A DNA stretch of 63,971 nucleotides, the filler included, from Ionaspis alba (lineage: Eukaryota): the NCBI GenBank assembly GCA_964255285.1. It is 3 parts of 3 records of this genome, joined end to end, with 100 filler letters (N's around TTAATTAATTAA, not from the genome) between each part and the next. Parts side by side here need not be neighbours in the genome. Positions count along the whole stretch, not along the records: positions 22,259 to 44,381 come from CAXUUL010000215.1; positions 44,482 to 63,971 come from CAXUUL010000267.1; 1 more part is not named here. One strand, 5' to 3'. Numbering within the stretch: the stretch's first letter is position 1; the number at the start of each line of letters is the position of its first letter. This document shows positions 37,987-49,272 of this stretch, one piece after another. The translations under genes were made by a program, and so were the position numbers. A model generated the notes under the pieces. The model made no database searches and was not told the origin of the DNA. It was given only the letters and a program-made list of their open reading frames with translations.

Positions 37987-39568
37987 TATTCTTTCAAGTA
38001 ACGCTCTGAGGTTCAAATCGAAGTGAGGCTGTGGTCAGATGATGTCGCCGATTTGATCGAGATGTTGCTCGAATCCCCGCCGAGGTGTTGGCAGAGCGAA
38101 TGTTGGGGTTGGACTGCGTCGTCAGACACCAGCAATTGTGTGGTCGAGATACTTCTCGAGGTGTGTTCCCAGTATACGAAATAGGGTACGATGTCAGTTT
38201 GTGAAATGAAACGATCGTGGGTGGCACCGCTGGTCGTGGGTGTAGATGGATGTAAGGGGGTCTTGCCGCGAAGTCCGAAAGAATGGCAGTCTCGAGACAG
38301 AACGCCGTTACTCGGCTTTGGGCGGTGTGAAGCTGGCTTCAATCGAACACGAAGAAAGACGAAACGAAACGAGTGTTAGAGTGGCTGATGAGCAGGGTAG
38401 TACCAACGGACGACGTCTAGCTGTCGTGAAGCTTGGCCGCTGAAGTTCCGGAGGGACGAAGTGACGTTGCAACGAACGACTTTTAGATACTCTCGGCGTG
38501 TCCTCCACTAACGAAAGGAGCGCTTCCTGCCTTTGGCTAGAGGACTCCTCAATTCTATACGGAACACAGTTTAAGGACAGTGACGGGCACACCAAATACG
38601 AACGAGAGGAGAAGCTTGTGGCAGACAAAATATGTGAGCCAAGAACGGCCGCAGAAACGCAGCCCTCCTTGATTTGCACCGATTTACGCTCCACACGTAT
38701 CCTGGTATCGAATCACAAGTCCGACACGCCGCCACGCGCGTCCGGTTCCGATGCTCGCTGCGCGGCGACTTGCCTGGAAAAATGGTCAGGGAAGGAGGCA
38801 GCTCTGTACTTTGCAGGGAGTGATTGGATCGTTCCTCCCCCGGAAATCCGCCAATCCGGGGAATGGGCACTAGTAGAAGAAGGTGTTAATTGCGGCGAGT
38901 GTCCTTTTCCTTTGCGAGTGTGGCTGATTTTGCATATGCGTGGAGTATCAAAGTGTATATTGTTCGCATATGTGTTACTTTACTGAAGGCTGTATTCAGA
39001 GACCAATGCACTGGAATGCTAGTATTGTGCTGCGTATACTTATATTGAAAGTCGACGGGGCAAGACTGCTCGATATTCCTGCTGCTACTTGCACAATAAG
39101 ACTATTTACACCAAAAGGCCGTGGAGGCATCTCCCCGCTGCTGATGCCGTCGTCTGCCCGTAAAGATCGAGTAACTGCTCATTATTAACAACAAAAGACT
39201 TCAAAGCGTTCCTGCCTGCTATAACCATCCATAGAAGCCAACCTACTCGATGTTATATCCAATACTAAGCTATATATATGCATGAAACTATAGATATCCA
39301 ACCACGAACGATAAATACCCAAAGTCCCACCAACGCCACTGCTAGCCAAAACGGTCCAAGTCATCGAACCTCTTTATCATAAGCCTCTCGTCCACGGTCC
39401 CAACAGGAAGCAAAAATACCCAACACAGCTTCCCACCCAAGCCTTCCTACCCAGAACAACAAACCCCAAAGAACTAGCTACACACACTCGGTCAAGTAGC
39501 CTCCATACGTCAGCCCAATATACAAGAAGCCCATCACCCTCCGCCCTCTACCCCATCCACCACAACCC

Positions 39569-40948
39569 TCAAATATCCATATTCCACCGCCCGCTCTCCC
39601 TCTCCACCACCTCCTCCCTTTCCGCTTTATCATCCCTCCTGCCCGGAAAAACAAACCTCCTGCCCGGCCACCAACTCTCACATACCGGCACCCGCAGCTC
39701 GCCCTCCTCCGCCTCCTTCGCCTCAGGCAGCCTAATTCCAGCTTCCGTCGACGGCGACGGCGCCCTCATATTCAACGACGAGTTGGGCGAGATCAGCTCT
39801 TGCAGGACGTGTAGTGAGGAGGTGCTGATGGCTGTGAGCAGTGGTGGACGGAGTTGGGCTGGGGGTTGATTTTCGCGTTTGGAGGGGTAGAGGGTAGGTA
39901 GGGTTTGGGAGGAGGAGGGGATTGTGGAGAGAGGCGGTCGTGTATGGGGGCGAGTGCTCGAACGAGAGGTGGATGATTTGACGGTAGTGCGGGGATTAGG
40001 ACCGCGGTCTTCGGAGATCGTGATTGGAGGGGGCCGTTTCTTCACGGAGGATGTCTCGGACGTTTTCGAGTCGCTGGAGGGACGCGGATCTCTGTCGTGG
40101 CGCTGGCCTTGGTTGTTAAGGTTGTTGCTGGTGGAAGGGGGTTCACCGCTAAGTGGTGGAGAGTCGTGATCGGGTGGGCGGTCGCTGCGTTGGGTTTTTG
40201 ATTCCATTAGGCGTTCGCCGACTTGCCGGCCCAGACTCATGGCTTTGCTGCTGCCGTGGCTGCCACCGCTGATGCTACGGGTGCGGTTGTTCGCGCGCTC
40301 TTTGCCTTCCATTATCTTGGCGCTGGGAGGGGGTTGTAGCATCCATCGAGTTTCGCTCTTCTTTGTGGGATGAGTGCTGACGACTGGTGGGTGCAGATCA
40401 TTGACGGCTGGGTTGCGCGCGGTATAGTAGGTCCCACTGCCCGTCGTCCCAGATCTGCTTATACCAGAAATTCCAGTGGCTTCCTCCTCCACTATCTCGC
40501 TCTCGATGTCAAACCCCCACAACATCTCATCCGGCCGCTGATATCTCCTCCTGTTCCAGCCGTCACCCGAGAGCCTCTCCGGCTGGGTCTCGAAACCCTC
40601 TATACTCCCCACCACTAGCGTCGTAGCCGCACTACTACCTCCAGCACTACTCCCCTGGCCCCCACTCGTCAGACCTCTCGAACTCTCCGCCTTTCCCTTA
40701 TCCCTATTCCCCTTCTTCGGCGGCGGACCAGGCCCCATTGATATCTCCTCTCGCCAGAACGGATTCGTGCTGAAAGGCAGTGGATGTTTGTAAAGATCTG
40801 GGAGTGCTGCTTCTATATCGATATCTTCCTGTGCTCGGGCTCGCCGTATCTGGGCTCGGCGTTTGCGTGAATGGTTGAGCTTGGCGCACGGAGCGCAGGA
40901 GAGGTAGTAGAATATGGCAGATTGGAAACCGCGCCAGAACCAAGACAT
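39569..40948 (-). CDS. Conserved fungal hypothetical protein
   Basis: Intronless 459-aa ORF with FQSAIFYYLSCAPC, YKHPLPFSTNPFWREEI, WNRRRYQRPDE, ARNPAVNDLHPPVVS, WMLQPPPSAKIMEGK and RWNMDI*. Confidence 0.82.
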   Translation of the reverse strand: MSWFWRGFQSAIFYYLSCAPCAKLNHSRKRRAQIRRARAQEDIDIEAALPDLYKHPLPFSTNPFWREEISMGPGPPPKKGNRDKGKAESSRGLTSGGQGSSAGGSSAATTLVVGSIEGFETQPERLSGDGWNRRRYQRPDEMLWGFDIESEIVEEEATGISGISRSGTTGSGTYYTARNPAVNDLHPPVVSTHPTKKSETRWMLQPPPSAKIMEGKERANNRTRSISGGSHGSSKAMSLGRQVGERLMESKTQRSDRPPDHDSPPLSGEPPSTSNNLNNQGQRHDRDPRPSSDSKTSETSSVKKRPPPITISEDRGPNPRTTVKSSTSRSSTRPHTRPPLSTIPSSSQTLPTLYPSKRENQPPAQLRPPLLTAISTSSLHVLQELISPNSSLNMRAPSPSTEAGIRLPEAKEAEEGELRVPVCESWWPGRRFVFPGRRDDKAEREEVVERESGRWNMDI

Positions 40949-42174
40949 AACGATTGTGGTTGGAAGGTTGGAAAGGGCTTCTCAGCTCCGTGGCCCGTAG
41001 GCACGGAACTGGAAGAGGTGTCCGGGGATTGTCTGAGAATGGTGTGAATGTGATGGTGTCGTAGGTTCGGGACAATGAATATATATTGGGATGTCGAGTC
41101 CGCTCGACTGTGAATGAAACTTTGAGTTTCAAGACACGATGTGCAAATTGCGAGAGGCAGTGCGCAATGTCCGACTGAATGCTTATGGGATTGGCGGCCA
41201 CCGTTTCATCTTCCACGAACTGCCATGGCGAATCCTACGCAACGTAAACTTCTTATGACAAAGAATTGACATTCAAAGCCATTCTATCATTGTCCGGCCA
41301 AGTGATAGAGGATGTAAAGAGTGTTCCGTTCCAATTGGACAATGCAGTCAGGTCCAATGGACTATATAGATGCGCACAAGTAAATGCGCAAGTCGGTCAC
41401 TTCCGCAATTAAAGCCTCAAGTGTTCCTTCATCGTGACCGGATCGGAAGAATGAACTTAGAGAAACGAGGACTCGGCGACGATCCGAAGATTGTTCTTTG
41501 TAGCAGTGGTGTCTGAAGGATTGCGGCGTAAGCAAAAGGGCAAGGCAGAGTTATGTTCGGGGAGAAGTAACCCTATCGATACGATCATGTTGGTACGAGT
41601 GGGGGATATCCGTGGGGAGCGGCTGGTCTAGTTTGGTGGAAATGACGATATTTTGGACTACTCGCTGTACCGAAGGTGGTAATTGTCCTAGTGATACTAA
41701 GCTTTCTCGTCTTCACTGCACTACATGAAGTCTATCAGCGGAGAATGAAAGTCTATGAAATTAGTAACTAAACTCAGAAAACCGATAGAGGATATCCAAT
41801 GGGTTTCATCTCGGGTGATCAGACGAGAGTAACCAAGTTCAGGCAGACAACTCTTCGCATGAAAATAACGTTGCAGAGAAACAAAGTCAATCAATGCCAT
41901 TACGGCACAAGAGGTCTCTGCATTGAGAATCTGTATTTCTTTACTATCTAAGCCGTCAATCCGACAGACAGCTAATCCACAATGCACACACTTATTACAA
42001 CAAAGTACGCCATTGATATGCCAACCGAATTTTTGTTAATTGAGCAAGAGCAAGCGCCATTGGCTTCCACCACCACACACTAATTATCGACGCCCCCTAC
42101 AAACCCCCAAAGCTATTCACCAATCCTCCTTCACAGACAGATCCATCGCACCAATCAATCCCATCGACAACCCT

Positions 42175-42940
42175 TTACAAGAAGAGAGCAAAGACGGCAC
42201 CGAAGAGTCCAAGGCTAATGACAGGCTCGAGCACAGCAGCCGCAGCCTTTGACGGAGTCGCAGAAGCAGAAGTGGTACCCGCACCCGCAGAACCAGACGG
42301 GCTGGAAGTTCCAGATGCAGATCCAGACGCAGAGCCAGACGCGGCGCTCTCAGTAGTCGCGCTAGGAGAGGACTGAGTGCTGACAGTCGCGTTGCTGCCT
42401 CCACCGATGACGCTCGAGAAGCCGGAGCTTGCTGCACCAGTGCCGAGAGGAGTAGTAGCAACGACGGGAGGAGTAGCGACGATGAGAGTGGTGGTCACGT
42501 CGGGGATGCCAGGGGAGCCGGAAATGAAGGTCACGGGTGTGGGCTGCGAGGTGACGGCGACGGTCTGGGTGGTGATGGGGACAGTCTGGGAGGTCTCGAC
42601 AGTAGGCTGCGAGGTGGCTACTGGTGGCATGCCGGTTACGACTCCGAGAGAATTGGTTTCGGTAAGGTAGGAGGTGAAGGGGTTGGTCTGTGAGCGAAAG
42701 AAGTTAGCAGTGAGCTCCCATCCACGACGACTGAAATTGGTAGTGTAACGCGTTAAATTGGCTTCGAAGCCGACAGAAGAGTCAGTCGGACTTTGTGATG
42801 ATCTCAAAAGGACGTACGTAGGCGGTCTCAGTGGCAGCTTGAGGTTGGCCATCGTGTATTTGACTCACAGGCACCATGGTGGTGGTAGCCGCAACGGCGA
42901 CCGCCATGAAGGGGGCCGCGAAGATGCTTGAAGAACGCAT
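42175..42940 (-). CDS. GPI-anchored Ser/Thr-rich cell-wall protein with one PIR-like repeat
   Basis: Exon 1 MRSSSIFAAPFMAVAVAATTTMVPVSQIHDGQPQAATETAY; intron 42688-42817; TNPFTSYLTETNSLGVVTGMP; TSQP repeats; hydrophobic GPI-type tail. Confidence 0.85.
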
Positions 42941-43889
42941 GTTGAGATCGGACTGGAGTAGGTAAATTGGTTGGAGTGGTGGTTAATTGTTTATTAAAAG
43001 GTGGTATGTGAGAAGAGGAATGTGTGGATTGAGTGAGAGTGGATGTGTTCTCGGGGAGAACGTTTGCAAGTTAACGAGTGACTGGTGTTGTGGTTGATGA
43101 GGAAACGAACAGGAAGGAGGAAAACTCCTTATATTGCTGTTATGAAAGGAAAAACTTTCGCGGTTGCCCCTGGAAATGCGCGATCCCTGCTGAAGTGGCG
43201 GGAATTCTGTTTCGCAATTTAATTTTATCTTGGCAGAGCCTCGGCTACTAATTATGGCTCTCGCTTGGACTCTCTCCACTGTCGATCCGTCGAGGTTCTA
43301 GGGCCTCAATTCATTTCATATGTGTAATAAATATTGCTTGTGCTTGCAAACATCTCTACCCATGGAGTGTATTCGATACAGTTATGATGGGTTCTGCACA
43401 GTTTCTGAGGCTCATGCTGAGAGATCTAAAATGTCCGCATCGCTCGGAACATTGGCTCCGAACGCCACGGTCTCAATGCCCAATCTCACTCATGGAACAC
43501 CAGAAAGCCACAAATGCAACAGTTCAGTATCTGTCTCCTCTCCTTTGGATGTCACTGTGTGGTCAGGGCAGAAGGATGCTTCCCACGGACGTTTCCTCGT
43601 TGATCGTCTCCTATTTTTGGAAAGTTGATGAAAGGAGATCGACAAGAGCAACGGCCACTAATACTGGTTAGCAGTGGCGGCCTACCAATTCCCCTGATCT
43701 TCTAGATCCTTCATCCTTGAGTTGTAATACATAAATACCCTGCCTATCCACTCCAGCATTCTTGAAGGAGCCAGGACATCCTCGTGATCCACTAAAGGGA
43801 GAAAATGGAAGCATGAACCCATACCCTTCCTTGGTGGAAGATACTTGCTTGCCGGCTGTGTGGTTAAGACATCATCACCACCATCCTTA

Positions 43890-44071
43890 CGCGGCTAACA
43901 CAATAAATGATACACCGAACAAGATATTCAGCGGGCTCACTCTCCAAAGTCCCCTAAAGAACGGAGATCCTAAACGGATGGTTGAGGGATTGTGCCCGCC
44001 GTAGGTATTGACTCGGCTGCGTAAACGTGGGAACACCACTTTTTGGTGTATCATTTATTTTGTCAGCCGTG
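43890..44071. mobile_element. Putative MITE (Tc1/mariner-type, 182 bp)
   Basis: 30-bp imperfect terminal inverted repeats: CGCGGCTAACACAATAAATGATACACCGAA (43890-43919) versus the reverse complement of 44042-44071, CACGGCTGACAAAATAAATGATACACCAAA (26/30 match). TA lies on the left flank and TG on the right. Confidence 0.65.
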
Positions 44072-44381
44072 TGGCACCGTCGAATGCAATACCAGTCCTT
44101 CCTTCCTGACGTAAGTCTTCCAAAATGCTTTTCGTCCATAATTATTTCAGGGAGTGACTACCAGGCGTCCGATACTTGGACCCTGTGTTCTAGGCTGGTT
44201 TCCAGCTTTCACGGTGTCATGCCAGAGGATTATCACTTACAAACGAATCATTTAGACTGAAGCTGTCGAAGGTTCTGTAGGATGTTGAAGGATTGCGAAA
44301 CCTTAGTAGACCTTGCAATGCGTCCTGTGAGCAATAACAGAGAAATTGTATGGTCTTTATATGTGATATCGTGAAGCTCTA

Positions 44382-44481
44382 NNNNNNNNNNNNNNNNNNN
44401 NNNNNNNNNNNNNNNNNNNNNNNNNTTAATTAATTAANNNNNNNNNNNNNNNNNNNNNNNNNNNNNNNNNNNNNNNNNNNN
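44382..44481. other. Artificial scaffold linker (N44-TTAATTAATTAA-N44)
   Basis: Same construct as 22159-22258. Confidence 0.95.
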
Positions 44482-44682
44482 TCTGCTATCTTGTTACATA
44501 AAATTGTTCGGGGTAAATGCAATCGCCCAAGCTCCAGCATTCCGTTGACATCCGAGGAGCAAAGACACGGTTCCTAGCATTAAAGTCAACAATCCAATTG
44601 ATACAGTTCAGACCAACAAGCATTATTGCCCGGGAGCGAGATTACCTAGGTAGCCACCACATCGTTGTGACGCAGTAAGATA

Positions 44683-45777
44683 ATGGCTCCGGTTCGTTCA
44701 GGACAGAGAGCATTCCAATGCCTCCGTTACAAATATCGAAGACCATATTCTAGTCCTGCGAGTCCAGTGACCTCACCTTTTGCACCTCGCCATCTTTTGT
44801 CAATAGCGGATCTCAGTCCTGCAGAATTTACGAGGTTGGTGCGCAATGCTTCATCTCACAAGCAGGCCATAAAGTCTGGCTCGATGCCGAAGGCTCTATT
44901 GGGTGCATTGACTGGCAAGACTGTTGCTATGACGTTTAGCAAGCGGAGTACTAGGACCAGAGTCTCTACAGAAGCTGCAGTAGTCACAATGGGTGGACAT
45001 CCTATGTTTCTTGGAAAAGACGATATTCAGCTCGGCGTAAACGAGTCACTCTACGATACATCAGTCGTCATCTCTTCAATGGTGTCAGCCATTGTTGCCA
45101 GAGTTGGTCCACACTTAGATGTGGCAGATCTTGCAAAGCATTCTAGCGTACCCGTTATCAATGCCTTATCTGATGCGTTTCATCCATTGCAGACAATTGC
45201 GGATTTTCTCACAATACATGATGCGTTTCCATCAACGCCTACATCTGCAAGATCCTTGACGCCAGATCTGGGTCTTTCGGGACTCAAAGTTGCGTGGATT
45301 GGTGACGCAAACAATGTGCTATTTGACCTTGCCATTGGTGCTACCAAACTGGGCGTGGATGTTGCCGTTGCGACACCAAAGGGATACGAGATCCCCAAGT
45401 CTATGGAAGACATTATTCATGGAGCTAGGACAGAGTCAAGATCCGGTGGCAAACTTTTACAGACCAACGTACCAGAAGAGGCCATCAAAGATGCAGATAT
45501 CCTTGTCACAGACACATGGGTCTCCATGGGTCAAGAGCAGGAGAAGGTAAAAAGATTGAGAGAGTTTGAAGGCTTTCAGATCACAAATCAATTGGCTGAG
45601 AGAGGTGGAGCGAAAGCAGGTTGGAAATTTATGCATTGTCTACCTAGACATCCAGAGGAAGTGCATGATGAGGTTTTCTACAGTCCGAGATCTTTGGTCT
45701 TTCCCGAGGCGGAAAATAGGCTTTGGGCTGCTATTGCAGCATTGGAGGGCTTCGTGATAAATAAGGGCAAAATATGA
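44683..45777 (+). CDS. ARG3: Ornithine carbamoyltransferase, mitochondrial
   Basis: FSKRSTRTR carbamoyl-phosphate motif, HPLQTIAD, WIGDANN, TDTWVSMG, FMHCLP, EAENR; intronless. Confidence 0.97.
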   Translation: MAPVRSGQRAFQCLRYKYRRPYSSPASPVTSPFAPRHLLSIADLSPAEFTRLVRNASSHKQAIKSGSMPKALLGALTGKTVAMTFSKRSTRTRVSTEAAVVTMGGHPMFLGKDDIQLGVNESLYDTSVVISSMVSAIVARVGPHLDVADLAKHSSVPVINALSDAFHPLQTIADFLTIHDAFPSTPTSARSLTPDLGLSGLKVAWIGDANNVLFDLAIGATKLGVDVAVATPKGYEIPKSMEDIIHGARTESRSGGKLLQTNVPEEAIKDADILVTDTWVSMGQEQEKVKRLREFEGFQITNQLAERGGAKAGWKFMHCLPRHPEEVHDEVFYSPRSLVFPEAENRLWAAIAALEGFVINKGKI

Positions 45778-46081
45778 TTGGAATCTCAAAGGAATTCTTG
45801 CGAGGACTATCCAAGCCGGATATCAAATCTACATAACCTAGTAGCTCGACGATGCACACGAGCCCCAAAGAAAGACTATTTCACTGTTCTTTCTAGTCCG
45901 TAGTAGTGGCTATATGCTATGCAATTAATAGAGAATAATGAACTAGAGCTGCTCGGTGGTCAGCATGTGAAAGCCGCTAGAGAATACGCCCGTTTCAATC
46001 CGACAACTGGACATCCCACCTTCAGAATCGTTTCCTCATTCACTTGCAGACGCTGAGGTTTCTTTGCAAAGACCGTCAGAT

Positions 46082-47175
46082 ATGGACGTAAGTATCTCAC
46101 CTCTTCGTCACAATCAACAGCAGCTGATCCACATCTACAGGCAACGTACAAGCGGCATTCACGCCGCTCCCACCCCAACCTACAACACCTATCCCTCAAA
46201 CCCTTGACCCCACAATATCCCCTCCCCCCAACTCTCGACTCATCTCCGCCCGCTGCCGAAACGCCGACCTCCTACATAGCACCTAGCTACCTTCCTCAAT
46301 CGCCGTCTCTCCTCTCTCGTTCACCATCCCGCACTCGGCCCCACCGCCCAAGCAAATCCTCACAAGCCCTCAACTCCCTCAACACGTCCTTCTCCACCAC
46401 GCCTTCAAAATCATTCACCACGCTCTCGCACGCCCGCCGGGGTTCGTCGAGACCCAAGTCGACTCCAGACACAGACTGGCTCCTGCAAACAGCGTCCGCT
46501 CTGACCACTAGCACCGCTGAGCAGAAAGGTCAGTCATGGCTCACTACCCGCGCGTCTTCGACTTCGCTGGCCATTGCCGATGCGACTCCCCCGGCTTACG
46601 AGCCCTTGGATACGGCCTACAAAGCTGACGATGAGTTCTCGCCCGTTTCCACGAGATGGACGTCTAGACCGCCAAGTAGGTTTGCGAGCCGGAGGGGAAG
46701 TCGGGTGGGGATCGTGACGCCTCTGGGTGTGAGGACGCCAGGAGAGGGAGCGAGTGGGGAGGTTGAAAGGGAAGGACTTGATGGGATAGCGGTTGATTTT
46801 GTGGAGGAGGGGAGTGAGGAGGAAGGGGATGAAGGAGAAATGAGGAAGGTGGTGTGGGGAAGGGTTGGAGGGTGGGTTGATTGGGCAGTTGGTTGGATGG
46901 ATTTTAGGGTCGACGAGGAAGGTATTGAGGATGGAGATGCGGAAGGGCTTGGTGGACCGGAGGAGAGCACTGAGAATGTCGATGCAAAGATGGAGGAGAA
47001 AGGCAAAGCCGTTGATGGGAGAAGGAGGCGAAGAAAGAGAGACGAGCGTGATCGAATCAATGTGCGGAGAACGGATGACGTTGGTGCGGTGGTTGTGGAG
47101 CCGCCTAAGGAGGGAGAAGGCGTCTGGAAGGATGCAGCGTGGTTATTGAGTGTGGCTACAAAGGTCATTGTCTGA
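46082..47175 (+). CDS. Conserved fungal protein (DUF3984-like)
   Basis: A 6-nt first exon ATGGAC and an intron at 46088-46140 precede RRSHPNLQHLSLKPLTP, DWLLQT, EQKGQSWLTTRASSTSL, GGWVDWAVGW and WKDAAWLLSVATKV. Family name is from memory. Confidence 0.75.
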
Positions 47176-47388
47176 ATTATTACTGCTGCATAACTGCAGT
47201 CCTGGTTATATGCTTCCGAAGAGTATGGTCTCTAATCTCAATATCCAAAGCTATAAAACAACCCATTACACCATACTGACTATGCGGGGTATCTACCGAA
47301 TACTGAATGATAAGCCCCCTTGTGAAAAGACGACATCCCTGTACGAAACCGAAAAGGAACAAATCCAATCACTAGTGGTGTGACCAAA

Positions 47389-48573
47389 TCAGTCAAGCAA
47401 GTCGATGACTTCGATGTCTTGACTTGTGCGAGCTGCTTTAGTTTGATGAGCCGAGGCCAATATCTCGTCGTACTCTGGATCACGTTCTCGCTTGACTTTG
47501 CGGGGTGTAGATTTCACAGGCCTAGTCTCTGGTTTGACGGTGGGCTAGCGAACATTATTGATGAGGAAATCATTGGCTTCTTGGGGCCTAAAGCGGAAGG
47601 AGTCACTCACAGTCCTTCTACTTAGAAGCTCCAGCAGCTCTGCGCGACTTAGCTGATCACGTGGTCGCTGTTCGAGAGGTACAGGCGATGGGGTCCGTGG
47701 TATGATTCGCATGATCTGGAGGGATTCTATAGAAACCTTTAGTGTCGAAATAAACTAAATAAGCATTTCAATAGGAAACTTACGTCGTGAGCGATATTTG
47801 AAGTTGAAAGTTGCGTATGGCGAGCGCCTAGAGTCGATGTAGTCACAACTCGCGGTTGAATAGGCCGATGAAGGCTCCGCTGCGTCCAGGCTATCTCGAA
47901 ACTTTGATCAGCAGGAGTGCTTGGAGTACAGATGTATACACTCAAGCTAAGGTCTTAGGTAGAAATTTCTCTGACCTGGCTCTGTGGGACATAGCTTGAC
48001 CCTTCAAAGCTTTTTCCGATATTTTCTCCAACGACGCGAACGTGCCGTGGTGTCTGCTCGGTGGATCTGATGGCCTAGATGGGCCAATGTTCCTCACACG
48101 AAAGAACTTGGCAGTGATAATTCCAATCTTGCTCACCAGAGCAGCTTGAGCTTTCGCGTCACGTCCAGACCCTTCTTCTAGGAAGATATATTAGGCTCAC
48201 TCTAACTCGTCGAGTCAGAATCGGGGGGATGCCTGAGCTTACCGATTTCGATATCCGCGAATTTGTATTTGCGCAGAACCGTTTTGCCAAAATTGAGTTC
48301 TCGTATACCCATTGACGAATGAGTGGTGGAAATGTGGGGCAGAACATTTTCAACCTCAGTGCCATCGAGATAGAGAGCGACGTTGAAGCCATCACATCCT
48401 TCGGGTAGTGGATGATCAAACCTGTACTTGATGGCGAAATTCGCACCAGACGAAGCTTCAATATATCTTGTCAGGCTGTTCGGTGTTTCAGGCTGGTCGT
48501 CATCATGATCGTACTCCTTAAGGTCAGCCCCGTTCACGACCACCGAGGCTGTCAGTGTGTTCAGGATAGCCAT
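47389..48573 (-). CDS. Fungal protein of unknown function (DUF7918-like), 5 exons, apparently intact
   Basis: MAILNTLTASVVVNGADLKEY...RYIEASSGANFAI...LYLDG; IGIITAKFFRV; ISEKALKGQAMSH; YATFNFKYRSR; SLQIMRIIPRTPSPVPLEQRP; EVIDLLD*. Family name is from memory. Confidence 0.75.
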
Positions 48574-49272
48574 TCTTTAGGATAATAGCTCAAGCGCACC
48601 GGGTATAGCTCGACCACAGCTCGATCACTCAAATGACAGGATAGCAGAGTTATGTAGACATCACTGACGGTTGCTAATCGACTCAATTCAGGAATGGTTG
48701 CCCCTACCATTGAAGCTGCCTTGGGAATACGCCTCGCTTATCATAACCTCGTCTTGTAGGATTTCAGCGGTTTGAATCACGTGGAGGCTAAGGATTACGT
48801 GCATATAACCTGAATCTTCTTTACAATACAATCTTTAGTCCTCTTTTCCTATAGTCTGAATCCAGACTTCTACCGCTACTTCCTTCTCCGTTCTTTTTTA
48901 CGATCACTAAGCGGCTCTGAATTGGCTTAAAACATCATAATCATGTCTAGATAATCAATCAGCTACACCAACATGCCAAAAACGGCCGATAGCGCCATCT
49001 CCCCAAACCTGGGAACTGGAGTACGGGTAAGCCATAGAAGAATGAACTCCATTTTCACCATCAATGCTTCGAACGTCTGGATGAAATAGGGAACAGCTAC
49101 CATTCAGGAATGGAAAGAACTCCAAGTGGAGCTATAGCGCTATGGACCGAATCCCAGCAGAGTCCTCTTTACCGAAAATAGTCAGAGACTATGCGGTGTC
49201 CCACAAAATCATGCTATTGGTGCAGACGCTGTTCTTCAACCCTCCCAGTAGGCTTGCGCCAGCTCTTCCTGC

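Noticed and set aside
38385..38460. CTGATGA as a hammerhead ribozyme core or snoRNA box C
   Set aside because: No stem II/GAAA partner or convincing box D with terminal stem was found.
28840..45777. Arginine-related cluster linking the YqcI/YcgG gene and ornithine carbamoyltransferase
   Set aside because: They are 15 kb apart, separated by unrelated genes and an artificial scaffold linker.
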